The notes under the pieces: generated by a model
What the model was told of the DNA's origin: nothing
The model's input: the letters and a program-made list of their open reading frames with translations, nothing else
Database searches by the model: none
Source of the DNA: an uncultured bacterium
Lineage (GTDB): Bacteria > Patescibacteriota > Minisyncoccia > UBA6257 > 2-01-FULL-56-20
Reading direction: 5' to 3'
DNA: 64,000 nucleotides
Assembly (NCBI GenBank): GCA_963807165.1
Contig: CAWDZM010000001.1
Location: forward strand, 577,471 to 641,470
Translations under genes and position numbers: made by a program
In this document: positions 20,163-32,973 of the stretch, in pieces
Numbering within the stretch: position 1 is the stretch's first letter
How the letters are laid out: every line of letters starts with the position of its first letter

Positions 20163-21500
20163 CTAATGAGAGAACGTTAGCCCGTACAACTTTTGATCGT
20201 AACGGTTGATAAAGAACAACGCGTCATTGAAAAATTTCATATCAGAGGTGTCCATGTTCTGCGTGGCATCACTCCAGAGGGTTTGCTCCGCGCCCGTCGC
20301 GGTGTTGATCTTATAAATATCATCAGAGGTAAAGAGCGCCATCGTTTCGTAATCGTCCGGCAGGTGTGCGGCAGAGAAGCCGCTCGAACTGCGCGGAATG
20401 CCGCAGTAGAGCGCAAGATATGGAGTCGATGTTGCCGCGGCAGGCAAGATCTTCTTTGTTTTCGTGGTGGAGGTAGCGCTACTCGCAGAGCTTGTCGCGG
20501 TCGACGTTGCTATCGGCATTAACTCCGTATTAAAGGCGCACTTTGATGGCAATGTGAGGAAACTAAGCGGTTCGGTTGGCAGATTTCCATACATCGCCTG
20601 GAGTTGGAGAGTATTCCCCGCCTGGCCCGATGGATTATTAAAGAACGTAAGCCCGTATGGGATGGCCGGATTGGCACTCCATATTCCCTCCGCGCCCGGA
20701 ACCTCATAGATGAGCGGGGTGAGCGCGCTTGTTAGAGAGTTGAACGCCCATACTGAGCCTGCGTTCTGCGTAGTTGGCTTGTCGGATAAAATGAACTCGT
20801 TCTGCGTGGGCCACGCAAGTGTGAGATCGTTCGCGTTAAGGGAAATCAACACTCTGGGCGCGGCTTTTAAATTCACGGCGTTCATGATCGCGAGCGTGAG
20901 CTTACCACTGCTCGTTACCGCAAGATATGCGATCAAATAATTACTGATTGGCGACCATTGCGGAGAGAGCATCCCTTGGGGGAGCGCTACCCACGCGTTC
21001 GTGGCGACATCATAGAGCGCCGCCTGGGGGTTTGTGGGGTCGCCGTAACTCACTATAATTTTCTTCCCGTCATGAGAGAAGCTGGCCGAAATGATTTCGT
21101 CAATCGTTGATGAGTTGACCGTGACGGATTGGCCGTTCGCGATAGTAACAATCGAGCCGTTTGGTTCGATGGCGATGATATTATTTTGCGGATCAATAAA
21201 ATAATCCAAGATCGGATCTTGTGAGAGTACGCCGAAGTTTGATACTGTCGCTTGGCCGCCGCTCACCGTCGTGGCGGTGCTACTCCCTGTCGTCGTCGGC
21301 AGGCCGAGCGTGCCGACGCTGTTCGCCGTGCCGGAATTATTCCCCTGCGTGCCCGTTGTCGGGAGCGAGCCACCGGTGGTGGTCGTGCCAGTCACGCTGG
21401 GCGCCGTGCCTGCAGAATTGTTCTTTATAAGGAAAAGAATAAGTATCGCGAGCGCCGCTGCGACGATGATGCCGATGATGATGTAAATATAGCGTTTCAT
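20163..21500 (-). CDS. Membrane-anchored Ser/Thr-rich extracellular protein, possibly a beta-propeller
   Basis: N-terminal TM, T/S/G-rich linker, FSHDGKKI and PQWSP segments. Confidence 0.75.
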   Translation of the reverse strand: MKRYIYIIIGIIVAAALAILILFLIKNNSAGTAPSVTGTTTTGGSLPTTGTQGNNSGTANSVGTLGLPTTTGSSTATTVSGGQATVSNFGVLSQDPILDYFIDPQNNIIAIEPNGSIVTIANGQSVTVNSSTIDEIISASFSHDGKKIIVSYGDPTNPQAALYDVATNAWVALPQGMLSPQWSPISNYLIAYLAVTSSGKLTLAIMNAVNLKAAPRVLISLNANDLTLAWPTQNEFILSDKPTTQNAGSVWAFNSLTSALTPLIYEVPGAEGIWSANPAIPYGLTFFNNPSGQAGNTLQLQAMYGNLPTEPLSFLTLPSKCAFNTELMPIATSTATSSASSATSTTKTKKILPAAATSTPYLALYCGIPRSSSGFSAAHLPDDYETMALFTSDDIYKINTATGAEQTLWSDATQNMDTSDMKFFNDALFFINRYDQKLYGLTFSH

Positions 21501-21518
21501 AATAATATTTTTATATTA

Positions 21519-21995
21519 TCAACAACCAACATAAATTACTTGGAGTCCACTAGCGGGAATGCAAGGATTGGGATTTGTTAACGGGCCGTTCGGCGAAGCT
21601 GGCGCAGGGGTTGGAGTGGTAGCGGGAGCTGATGCCTGAGTGTTCACTGGCGGCAGGGTCGTTGGTAAACTAAGTGTCGTTAGCTGTGGATTTATTACAT
21701 GTAAAACGAAATACGCTCCTACTAATAATAATAACCCAAGCAGTGCCGCCTCAATCCATTCTTTTGCATCACTTTGTCCAGAAGGGTTTCCTGCTGATGC
21801 CATATACCTAACGCCGCCGTATACCACAACACCGAATGCGAGTATGCCGCCGATCATCAACGCAAACTGGTAGAAGCCGCCGACGAATGCGCCGGGGTTA
21901 GAGCCAGAATTCGGAGCCATACCTGGGACGCTTGTGCTGATAGTAATCGCCGTAGCGTGCGCGACCGAAATGAATGGAAATGAGGCGCCTATCAT
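21519..21995 (-). CDS. T4SS-type (VirB2/TrbC-like) pilin of the CPR family
   Basis: YGGVRYMASAGNP....AKEWI..ALLGLLLL..AY.VL..INPQL. Confidence 0.8.
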   Translation of the reverse strand: MIGASFPFISVAHATAITISTSVPGMAPNSGSNPGAFVGGFYQFALMIGGILAFGVVVYGGVRYMASAGNPSGQSDAKEWIEAALLGLLLLVGAYFVLHVINPQLTTLSLPTTLPPVNTQASAPATTPTPAPASPNGPLTNPNPCIPASGLQVIYVGC

Positions 21996-22729
21996 AATTG
22001 GCTCTCGTAGGTTAGATTTGCCGACGCGGTGGCGATAGTCGAATCGTTGGGATTTTCAAGGCTGAGCGACACACTCACACTGGTTCCTGACTGTGTCCCT
22101 TGCGGGAGCGTTATTTGTGCCGCCTCGGGATTCTCAGCGTTGGATCCGTTCTGGCCATTTACCGACCATGTATAGGAAAGTTTAGTGAGATCAGAAACAT
22201 TGAAAAAATATGGGATTGCTTGCACCGAAACCGGATTTTGTGAGAACTGTCCGTTCGGATACGGCGCGTAGATTACCGCCTCTGGCAGCACCATCGGGAT
22301 GGTTATCGCATGGACAAGGTACGCACCGTTATAGTTTGGAATCGTCACGCGTAGGTTGATGGTGTTCGGCGCGTCGCCAATAGGAGGAAAGGTCACGTGC
22401 TGTACACCAACACCACCACCGACAAGGTTATCATTAACATACCAATAAATGGTCTGTTGGCTGAGGTCGAGCACTTTACCCTGCGGGGAGATCAATTCAA
22501 GCGATGCGGTGATGTTCGAGCCGTAGGTAGGGAGCGCTTTGCCCTGATAAAAAGAAGGGATATAGCTCCCAGTCGTTTTCCAGGTGATGAGAAACCACGG
22601 AGAAGAGGCGGTCGCTGCCGCCGTTTGCGCGCGGGCCGTCGGTGCAATGGAAATAAAAACGCCGGACGCAAGCACGATAGCAAAAAAACCCACAAGCGCC
22701 GATTTTTTAACGATAGTTCGCGATGACAT
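21992..22729 (-). CDS. Exported beta-rich (Ig/PKD-like) hypothetical protein
   Basis: Signal peptide ending ARA; IYWYVND and YTWSVNG; in the pilin operon. Confidence 0.7.
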   Translation of the reverse strand: MSSRTIVKKSALVGFFAIVLASGVFISIAPTARAQTAAATASSPWFLITWKTTGSYIPSFYQGKALPTYGSNITASLELISPQGKVLDLSQQTIYWYVNDNLVGGGVGVQHVTFPPIGDAPNTINLRVTIPNYNGAYLVHAITIPMVLPEAVIYAPYPNGQFSQNPVSVQAIPYFFNVSDLTKLSYTWSVNGQNGSNAENPEAAQITLPQGTQSGTSVSVSLSLENPNDSTIATASANLTYESQL

Positions 22730-22773
22730 TACTTTCCTTTAGTATACCAAATATGCCGCGATAGCGGATGGAG

Positions 22774-23622
22774 CTATGCCGCCTTGTCGGATTCTTCTTC
22801 CTCGTCACCATTTTCACTTTCATCATTCCCTTCGTCTTTATTTTGGTTATTAGTGCGGTCGGCGATGTCGAAGACTTTTTGAACTTGCCTTTTAGCTTTA
22901 TCAGCTTTCTTTTCTTCGGGCTCCTCGTTCTGTTCCGATCCTTGTTCTTCTGGGGATTCACGGAACTCATCTTCTTGTGGCAGGGTAATATCCTCCTCAA
23001 GATTTTCCATTGGATTCCTTTCTTCGCGGGTAAGGTCGAGGCCTTCTTGGGTTTCACCTGCTTCTGCAGCGGTTTCCGCTCCCTGTGTTCCAGCTTCTAT
23101 CCCTTGAGCTCCCGCTTCGGCGGTGGCCCCTCCGGCTTCGGCTCCTGCTGCGCCAACCGCTCCGGTGCTTTCAGCCACCGCCCCGGCCGCCTCCACCCCT
23201 TCTGCGGCAGTCGTCGCAACTTCAGCGCCCTCGGCGACGACCGCGCCGGCTTCGAGCGCTTCGCCGGCGCCCGCGGTGCCAATTGCGACAGCTTGGATAG
23301 CGACCTGTTCAACAACAAACTCACCAATTTTACTCGAGGTGACAACCATCAGAATTAATCCCAGCATAAGTGGTAGTGGTAATATCCAAAATAAAAGAAG
23401 GATAGATTTAGGAAGCCACCCGCCGGTTTTTCCCCAAAAGTAAAAAAGAATAATAAGACCAAAGCCCCAATGTGCCATAAACACAAACATAGCTATCGCC
23501 AATCCTATGCCCGGGATCGCCAACCCGATCAATCCTAATAGGGTGAGGTCGGCAAAAAAAGCCATGATAAAAAAAACCAAAGTCCCTGGCTCGAACAAAT
23601 CTATCTTACCTTCTTCATTCAT
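22774..23622 (-). CDS. Membrane protein with Ala/Glu-rich and acidic tail
   Basis: 3-4 TM N-terminus, low-complexity C-terminus, directly after virB4. Confidence 0.7.
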   Translation of the reverse strand: MNEEGKIDLFEPGTLVFFIMAFFADLTLLGLIGLAIPGIGLAIAMFVFMAHWGFGLIILFYFWGKTGGWLPKSILLLFWILPLPLMLGLILMVVTSSKIGEFVVEQVAIQAVAIGTAGAGEALEAGAVVAEGAEVATTAAEGVEAAGAVAESTGAVGAAGAEAGGATAEAGAQGIEAGTQGAETAAEAGETQEGLDLTREERNPMENLEEDITLPQEDEFRESPEEQGSEQNEEPEEKKADKAKRQVQKVFDIADRTNNQNKDEGNDESENGDEEEESDKAA

Positions 23623-23634
23623 ACACGAAGAAAA

Positions 23635-25371
23635 TTATAATGCGTTTTTTTCCTCCAGTAGCTGCTCGGGGTTCGTGGTGATGATCTGATCCTCGTAATA
23701 TGACGGCACGATCTGGATGGCGACATGGCGCTTGCCGGCGAAGAAAATGCCGGTGCCGACCTCCGCGCCGAGGAGGAAGTTCTTTTCCGCTTCGGTAAGG
23801 TCGAACGCCTTTGCAACGATGTCGATCGTTGCCGGGGCTTGCTTGAGCAATAATTGCAAAGAAGAATTAGTGACGATCGGACGTCCGTAGGGCGATCGCA
23901 AGAAATCTTCCACATCCTGTGTGATTGTGGTGACTCCTAAATAATATTTACGTGCGCGCTTGACGAGGCCGAAGAGGAACGTTGCACTGTCTTCGTTCTT
24001 CATCATGATCCATGCCTCGTCAATAAACAGCAATCGCTTTGCGAGCTTGGCGCGGATAAGGTTCCAAATAAAGTTGAGCACGACGAACATGCCGAGCGGG
24101 CGGAGCTCTTCTTCAAGGTCGCGGATAGAGAAAACAATCAGCCGATTATTAACGTCGATGTTGGTGGGCTGGTTTAAGAATCCCGCGAAGCTGCCCTTGG
24201 TATATTTATAGAGTTTTTCCGCGAGATCACGGCCACCCTCCAGATTACGCAGGATCGTTTCTAAGTCACCGAGCAGGGGCGGCTCCTTGCCAACGAAGTC
24301 CGTGTCGGCGACGATCTCGCGCGAGGCGTACGTCTCTGTGATCGCGCGATCAAGTAAAGAATCTTCCTCCGGCGAAAGTTTTCCAAGCATCAACTTGAGC
24401 AAGCTTGCGAGGTTTACGATATGCGAGCGCAGAACATCCGACGGCGTTTCGCCTTCCGGCACCGGCGGAATATCGAACGGATTGATGTGCTCGTGCGATG
24501 ATAGCGAGATGTTGAACATGCTTCCGGCAAACGTATCTGCCAGGCGGCCATATTCGTTTTCAGGGTCGATGACGATTACCATCTCAATGCCCGCCATGAG
24601 TGAGCGCAGGATCTCAAGCTTCGTGGTGTACGATTTGCCGGAGCCGGATTTTGCAAAGACCACTTCGTTCGCATTTTCCAAAGAGAAGCGATCAAAGATG
24701 ACGAGGTTGCTGTTGTGCAGGTTGATGCCGTACATGATCCCCTGATTGGAGGAAAGATCCTCGGAGACGAACGGGAAGAATGACGAGATCGGGCTCGTGT
24801 TCATCGGCGAATAAATTTGTAGCTTATCGTTGTTGATCGGCAAAATAGAAGACAACCCTTCGAGCTGTTCAAAGAGCGCGGGTTTAAGGTAGATCAGCTT
24901 CGCCTCCATCATGGTGACGAGCTTGCTCTCCAGCCGCGCAAGTTCTTCCATCGTGTCGGAATAGATCGTGATGTAGACGCCCGTATTGAAAAGTTTTTCC
25001 TCCGACTGCTGGAGTGAGTCGCGTAGATTTTCGACATCGTTCACGGCAGTTTCCAAAACAGGATTTCGCACCAGCCCTTTCTCCTGCTCCTCGTTCATTT
25101 GCGATTCGAGCTGGCCAGCTTTCTTGCGCAGGTTCTTGAGCGCGCTGCCAGTATCGATCGGGTTGATAAAAATAGAAATGTCGAAAAGGTTCGGCAGGTT
25201 GATGAGCGGCTCGAACCAGCCGGTCGAAAGATAGCGCGGATAGGAAAAAACAAAAAATGTCTTTGCCAGCTTGTCGCCAATTTTCAAATAATTTGGAAAA
25301 ACCTCCGCTCCGGCGGGAGCGATCATCTTCCGTACGTTATCGAAATTATTTTCTTGTGGTTGGTCGGGCAT
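23635..25371 (-). CDS. VirB4-like ATPase
   Basis: AKSGSGKS Walker A, VIDPENEY, FIDEAW Walker B, RARKY, TQDVED. Confidence 0.9.
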   Translation of the reverse strand: MPDQPQENNFDNVRKMIAPAGAEVFPNYLKIGDKLAKTFFVFSYPRYLSTGWFEPLINLPNLFDISIFINPIDTGSALKNLRKKAGQLESQMNEEQEKGLVRNPVLETAVNDVENLRDSLQQSEEKLFNTGVYITIYSDTMEELARLESKLVTMMEAKLIYLKPALFEQLEGLSSILPINNDKLQIYSPMNTSPISSFFPFVSEDLSSNQGIMYGINLHNSNLVIFDRFSLENANEVVFAKSGSGKSYTTKLEILRSLMAGIEMVIVIDPENEYGRLADTFAGSMFNISLSSHEHINPFDIPPVPEGETPSDVLRSHIVNLASLLKLMLGKLSPEEDSLLDRAITETYASREIVADTDFVGKEPPLLGDLETILRNLEGGRDLAEKLYKYTKGSFAGFLNQPTNIDVNNRLIVFSIRDLEEELRPLGMFVVLNFIWNLIRAKLAKRLLFIDEAWIMMKNEDSATFLFGLVKRARKYYLGVTTITQDVEDFLRSPYGRPIVTNSSLQLLLKQAPATIDIVAKAFDLTEAEKNFLLGAEVGTGIFFAGKRHVAIQIVPSYYEDQIITTNPEQLLEEKNAL

Positions 25372-25391
25372 GGGATTTATAAATGGCGTCG

Positions 25392-26102
25392 CTATATCTT
25401 GCGTTCCACTGGCGCGTTTTTACGTTCGACCGTTTGCGGATTATAGAAGTTATAAAAGAGCTCGATGAGCTGTTCATCTTCCAACACGGTTGCTTCGAGG
25501 CCAATGTTTAAAAGGCCGCTCGTCACCTGCGCAGTGCGCTGGCCGAGTTGCGCAAGGTTCTCGTCGAGCATCTTTGCATATTCCGCGTCGCGCTGAGCGG
25601 TTTCCGCCGGATCCTCTTTTTTTTTTCCGCCAAAGAGCGCCATCACGCCGGAGACGCTTTTCGTCGCGCTCGGCAGCATGGACGCCGGATAGAACGAAAC
25701 GACCACCAGAAAAACTTTCTCCATAATAGCGTTCTTCTCCACAAAACCCTGAACGAATTTACTGTATTCATCGATCTGATTTTGTAGGATGGGAGATTGC
25801 TCGGTCTCTTTGCGCACCGTCAGCGTTTCTATATATTTATCAATATTCACCTTGCGCGAATGGATAAGGATTTGCAGGGGAAAGTCGATGCTGTTCAAAA
25901 ATGTCTGATATCCCTGCGTGATGATGTTCTGCTCCATCTCCGATTTTAATGAAAAATTAACGCCGCCTACCATGATGATCTGGCGGAAACTGCCGTCTTT
26001 CACAATGACGGTATTTTTCTTTATCTCTTTTATATCAACAAGATCGAGGGAGTTTCCCGCATCCTGCTTGTTTAGGACTGCCATACTCTTATTTTCGCAC
26101 AA
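25392..26102 (-). CDS. Conserved VirB4-associated protein
   Basis: VNFSLKSEMEQ...FLNSIDFPLQI...LFYNFYNP; lies between prgI and virB4; the start may be 26083. Confidence 0.75.
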   Translation of the reverse strand: MCENKSMAVLNKQDAGNSLDLVDIKEIKKNTVIVKDGSFRQIIMVGGVNFSLKSEMEQNIITQGYQTFLNSIDFPLQILIHSRKVNIDKYIETLTVRKETEQSPILQNQIDEYSKFVQGFVEKNAIMEKVFLVVVSFYPASMLPSATKSVSGVMALFGGKKKEDPAETAQRDAEYAKMLDENLAQLGQRTAQVTSGLLNIGLEATVLEDEQLIELFYNFYNPQTVERKNAPVERKI

Positions 26103-26116
26103 ATTACCCGCAAATC

Positions 26117-26638
26117 CTAGCGATAATCCACGCGCCGCGCCGCCTCGCGCTCGCCCGTCTCGCGCTGGAATATCTGATAACGCTCCGTCATCTTCTTTTC
26201 CACAAATTGACTGGCGGATTGAACCTTGCCGCCCGCCGGCGTGCCCGTCTGCAAATTTTCCCAGCTTTTATGCAGTGAATTTCCCTGCGCGATGGCCTGA
26301 ATGGGTGGTAACTCCCGCACGGCAGCAGCAGGCGCCGCGTGTTGTTGGGCCATCACCGGATGCTCCGGCTTCCATACATACATCTGCGGTTTCCAGTAGA
26401 AGTTAAGGGCGGATGTGGCGACCTTCATAAGCGGCCGGCCATTGACCTTAATAAAAGAGAGTGCGAGCGCGCCGCCGATCAGAATGAGCGCTACGATGGC
26501 GAACAGCCATGTTTGCAAAATAAAATAGCAGATGCCGCTCACGAGCGCGGCAACGCCAACATATGCGAACTGTCGGATTGAGAATGGCCCGACAATCTTG
26601 TCCTCCGTCTCAATAAATTGGGGAACTTGGTACTGCAT
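26117..26638 (-). CDS. PrgI family protein
   Basis: MQYQVPQFIETEDKIVGP, two TM, KVNGRP. Confidence 0.88.
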   Translation of the reverse strand: MQYQVPQFIETEDKIVGPFSIRQFAYVGVAALVSGICYFILQTWLFAIVALILIGGALALSFIKVNGRPLMKVATSALNFYWKPQMYVWKPEHPVMAQQHAAPAAAVRELPPIQAIAQGNSLHKSWENLQTGTPAGGKVQSASQFVEKKMTERYQIFQRETGEREAARRVDYR

Positions 26639-26659
26639 ACCTTTTATTGTAAGCCGCGC

Positions 26660-27640
<981 letters not shown>

Positions 27641-28232
27641 TTGAAAATAAAATAAGCAAAAAATTAACGCAACGTTTTGGTGTGTATGTCTGTGGGAGTT
27701 GGAGTGCTGGAAAAATTTAAGTGCAACGGATATGCTAAAAAGAAAATGTATCAATAAGGGTTGAACTTCATTTTTAGCCCAAGCAATTCTTGTCTCGTAT
27801 TCCCAGAGTATAGGGAATAGAAAAAAGATGAAATTTTTCTATGAATAAAGATAAATTGGATAGGAGAATGTCACTCATCTTTGATGGGGAGGCGCTTAAA
27901 AAAAAAACATACCTGAGTGAGTCTCATGTTTTATTGATCCAGTTCCCGAATAAAAATGCCCACGGAACGACGGAATCCCTTCTATTATTCCCACCCAATG
28001 GACGCAGGACCCAATTTTAAGATCATAGTGAAAAATGTGTGCTTGTAAATAAAATTATCCGTGATCGAATTTTTTGACTTTGCAAAGCATCCCAAACATC
28101 CTCATCCCATAAAGGACATACGGCACTAAATGAAGTTACTATTTCTTCTAATGTTTGATAACTTTATGTATTATTAATTGGCTTACCATTCCTATCGAAT
28201 GTCACCGAACTTCGTAGCAATATCCTGACCAC

Positions 28233-30440
28233 TCACATGAGCAATGATGACAAAAGTATGTGCGCCTGAGCCGTATTTCTAGCATTATCCCCTTCGGCAT
28301 TCGTCTGCGCACTCGTGGCAAGTCCTTCATTTTCGGCAGTTTTGCTCTCATCCTCTTCTATCTTTTCTAGCGTTGCAAGAATTTGTTCGTCGTCTGCACT
28401 GATTTTTCCTTCCTTATCTCTCTTCACCTTCGTATTCTGCCGCAGATTTTGCTTTACCTTCCTCCACGGTGTGTTCATTTTCTCCATCAATTTCTTCCAG
28501 TGTCTTGAGCTTGTTTGCTCTTTCCCCACATCATCCCAGGGAACTCTTTTATTTTTTGCCCAATTGGTGCATCCTCTGCGATCCCTTTTTGCTTGGCTCC
28601 ATCAGCCTACGCATTTCGTTTGTAAGATTTGGAGGGAGAGTTCGTAGCGCCGCTTCAGCAGATGCCTTAGCTTTTGAATCTTTACCTTTTAGTGCTTTAT
28701 CAAAAGTTGATAAAATAGCAAGTTTGCCTGCCGTATCCTGCGTCCCAAATCTTCGAGCCTGCTCTTGAGGGATTTTTTCCCAAGTTCTTTTTGTATTGTC
28801 GCCGACTTTTGGTTCTCTTGTAATGCACCAACGATCCACAATGCATTCGCCGCCAAGCATAGGGGCGAAGTAAACCACTTATAAGAAGGTTGCGACCAAC
28901 ACCTGCATCTGTAAGGCCTGAGTTACTTACCTATCACAATCATCTCAGCATAAGATCCAGCCCTCTGTGCCCCTGCTCGCGTCTTCTTTCCTCGTCACCC
29001 GCTACCGCCTTGCTCGCCGTGGTCGCGCCATCTTCAGCAGTACGGTACGCTGTTCCGGCAAGCGAATTCCAGAACGTCAGCCCCGTGGCCGGTGGAGGCC
29101 AACAAAAAGAATTTCATCCGCAGCTTGTTGGAGTATTCCGCTTCAGGCCAGTTTCTTGATAGAATGAGTAGCAAGATACTCCGGTAGCAGCACCCGTAGG
29201 GAAACTCTTCCGGCTTGAGTAAGATGCGTGCCACCGGTACCCGGTGCAACCCAGATACCCACTGTTCATATTTGTCGCAGTAATGAACGCGAGGTCGTAA
29301 AGAAGAGTGCGAGTGGCAGAAAAATATCCATTTAAGCAAAAGTATTCCACCACTTGCCAAAGCTATTATCAAATTTGGAAATACGTAAGTAAGCCATGCG
29401 AGAGGGAGGATAATAAGCAAAACCAGCGTAAGGATCGCGAATGATAAGCAAGGTCAAACAGAGGAAAGTGAAAGCGATACGACCGGAAAAAATCACATCA
29501 AAAAACATTGCCATCGTCATTTGCCAAAGAGTATTTGCAGATTGTTGCGCTGCGGACGCATTCAGCGCCGCTGCTGCATTCGCCGCCGCCGCGTTACAAA
29601 ATGGATAACGCCCGTGTTCCCAGTGGCGGCTGCGTTATTAAGGAGCGTGACTATCTGCTCCAGCGATCTGCGCCGATTGATTTACTTGCGATGCCCGGCA
29701 CCATCAGCTGTGGAGCGAATGCTTGCACCATTGTTTCGGCGTATCCTTCATATCCAGCCACGCTCATTGAGCCCGGACTTGTGGCGTTGACGAAATAAGT
29801 ACTCGAATGCTGGCGAAGCTGACGATCGGTGCGGTAATGACAAGGCCAAAGTTCACTAAAATCGCCATAAAGACCAATTTCCATAAAAGCTGTTTCATTC
29901 CATAAGTTTGATTCCGAAGGATGGTGGCGATCGCGATAATGATAATACCGAGCACAAACCCAAGATTTGCGATTGCGAGCGAAACAGAAAATCCAGTTTG
30001 CATTCGGGGGAATTAAAAATATTATCGTTAAATTGAAGCCCTAACTTAACAAGCCAAGCGCCGATACTGACAACAACTCCCATATCGCCATTTACGATGA
30101 GTGATACATAAAAAACAGAGCAAGTTGCGGGATTTAAGTGAATCATAGAGGCACGGGGTTTGTTGAGGGGCTGTTCCGGCGCCTGCCGGTGGATCCGACT
30201 ACCGGTGTTGCTGCGCGAGCCAGTTGAGCCTGCCGCAGGAGTGGTAGCGGCAGGAATGGATGTCCCGGGCAGAGAGAGTGTTTGTAGTGGAACGGTGGGT
30301 ATAGTAAATCCGGAACCACCCCCCGTCGTTTCTTGTGCGTGTGCAATATTAATCTTCGTCGCCATTCCCGCCGGCGCGAAAAGCAAAAACAGCGCCGCAC
30401 CAATGACTAATATTTTTTTGTAATGGTTTTTATATGCCAT
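28233..30440 (-). other. Fragmented large polytopic membrane protein (VirB6/TrbL-like position)
   Basis: Pieces ANLGFVLGIIIIAIATILR...LLWKLVFMAILVNF and LIIL.PLAWL..VFP...WW in shifting frames. Confidence 0.5.
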
Positions 30441-32885
30441 AAAGAACGCACGTTATGTTGCACGGTAACGGTACAGATCGACGGGGATCACTTGCTGAAT
30501 CGGTAAGGGTAACGTTATACGTCCCCGGGGTGGCGAAGATGTCGGAGAAGAACGCCCCAGTACCCGTTACCCCGTTGGAATCGGACCAGGAATAAGTGGG
30601 CGGATTGCCATTTACGTCAAACGTGCCGCCAGTGGCGGAAATGGAGGTCGGGGAAGTGCCGGAGGCATTCGTGCTACTAGCAAGAGCCATAGTGCTTGTG
30701 GTGTTGAGATAAGAAGTGCCATTGCCAGCCGTTGGGGAGGGGATGGTTTGTGATGATGGATTACATGCGAGCGGGATCGAGGAAACAGTTCCGGCGGTAG
30801 CGCTGGTGCTACTAGCGAGACCTGCCAGATTTGCAGGGGGCGGAGTCGCTCCGGCTGTGATACTCGAGCCATTATTAAGAGAGCTAAGACTCTGATTTAC
30901 TAACTGATTCGCTGCGTTGACTGCGGTACTTGCCAAGCTCGTCATAAGAGAATTAAGTACCGCATTTAATACTCCAGTGATATCATTCGCTGCCGCAACT
31001 TGTTGCGGGGTTGCATTGATGGCGCCTTGGAAAACAAACCCGGTAGCGGCGGCAGGAGTAGTGACGGTAGGCTGAGAGCCATTTGCACAGAGACCGTTAT
31101 TAGATTCCGTGACAGGAACCATCCCTTGACTGCATGTCCCAGCCGCAGGCATTAAGTAATCATTTGTATCGCCGCCTTCGCACATGAAGCGAGTCCCATT
31201 AGGATTACTGCCGTCGCTACACACTTGGTCTCCACTGAGCCCATTAGATGTCTGAGCTTTTAATTGGCTTGCTCCTTGTTGAGTTGATAAGCAAATTGAA
31301 CTGTTTGAGCATTAAAGAATAGATTCCCATAGGGATTCCCGCTAGGAAGCGTGCTTGCGCCAAATGCAATGAATCCACCATTCTTAAAATTATTATAGAA
31401 TTGCTGGAAACTGTTTGAGCCGAGTGCCGCCGCGAATTGATTTGCGCAAGCATTACTCCCGGGCTTATAAAAAGCATTAAGGGTAATTTTTTCTTGTCCT
31501 ATAAAGGCGGGGAAGGTACAGCCGTTTGGATCGAATAAGGTGTTAATAGAGTTGAGTGCGCTTGTCTGGGCGGCATCCACTAATTGAGTCCCCCAATTAG
31601 TGATGAATCGCGGAGCGCCACTGCCATTTATCCATGCAACCACTTCTCGTTGGATGATCGCGATGAGTGTATTTCTAAGTATTTGTAGTAAGGTGTTTTT
31701 AAGTAACGCCTCAAGCCTCTGCCCCATATTTTGTACATGGATACTGGAGATAAGGGAAAATAAGGAGGCGCTGGTCCCGACTTGTTGGGCGTGAGCAGTC
31801 AGGTTAAGTTGCAGATTAGCGTTTTGCTCAGGTAGCTGAATACTATCAAGGGCTGAGTTCTGTTGGACCACCGCAGGTATTTGTACGGTGGTATATGGTG
31901 TTTCTAATATAGGGTCACTCACTATCAATTGTGCATGAGCTTGTTGTATGCCGAATGTGCCATTAAGTAGAGATAGAAGCATCCCTTGGGGGCTTGGTTG
32001 GGTTTGTTGAAGAGATAAGGTTTCATTCGTAAGGCTCTGCGCCTGATTTAAGAAATTTGTTTCAACGGAATCGAATCTGGCATCTTCCACTTGAAAAACA
32101 ATAGTCGCCCTTACCGGGTCGGTTTGAGCGAGATTGTAGAGAGGGATGAGATTTTTTTCATACAACAGATCGGCCACTAAACTTTTTTGATATGCCACGG
32201 CTGGTGTCGGAATTTTTAATGCAGTGACATCCTGAAGCGCACTGGTCACCTGCGACTCCAAATAATTTAGATCGCCCACGCTGGTATCGCCAGTCTGGTC
32301 GCTCATGATACTTTGCACCTGCGTATCGCTGTCAAGGTGGCTGTTCATAATATCATTCAATGCGTTGCTATAATTAGTCAGCGCTTCGGCGCTTGAAGTC
32401 ACAACAACTGTCAAGGGGATTGATCGCAACCTCAAGATCCCAGTCGGGAACCGGAGTTTTCAGTGCTCGTGGCATCGCCAATATTTGTGGCAATAGCATT
32501 CACGTCCGGAGAATTGAATGTCGGATTTCCATTGGCATCAGTCCCAGTCGGACCATTAGGATTAGCTGCAACCACGCCATTTACGAATTTTGCCGCAACG
32601 TCATCAGTAAGGTTACTCGGATTGGTGGAGCTGACGAACATTGTTGATGACGTAAGCTCCGGCGCAAACGCAGCGGCAACTTGCTCCACTTGAGCCTGGG
32701 TGGGAATGAACGCATTCGTGCCATCCGCCCCCGCGATGGCTGCGCTAACGCCATTGATTGATCGCTGTGCACTGTTTCGTCTCCGCCGCCGACGTAATAT
32801 TTGTGAGCGAAAAGATCAGCCCAGAACAGACCGCGGCGGTCGCCAAGATAAGGAATCCAGTGATCAATTTCTTGACATCTATCAT
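30430..32885 (-). other. Fragmented large secreted/membrane protein with a PKD-like C-terminus
   Basis: Start MIDVKKLITGFLIL at 32885; collinear ORF pieces including WINGSGAPRFITNW and YSWSD...PGTYNVTLT. Confidence 0.55.
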
Positions 32886-32973
32886 TAACTTGAATTATAA
32901 CCCCGAAATAAAGCGCACGCTATGGGGTTATCCCCAGTTAATCCAGAAAATCTGCGCGCGCGATGGCGACACC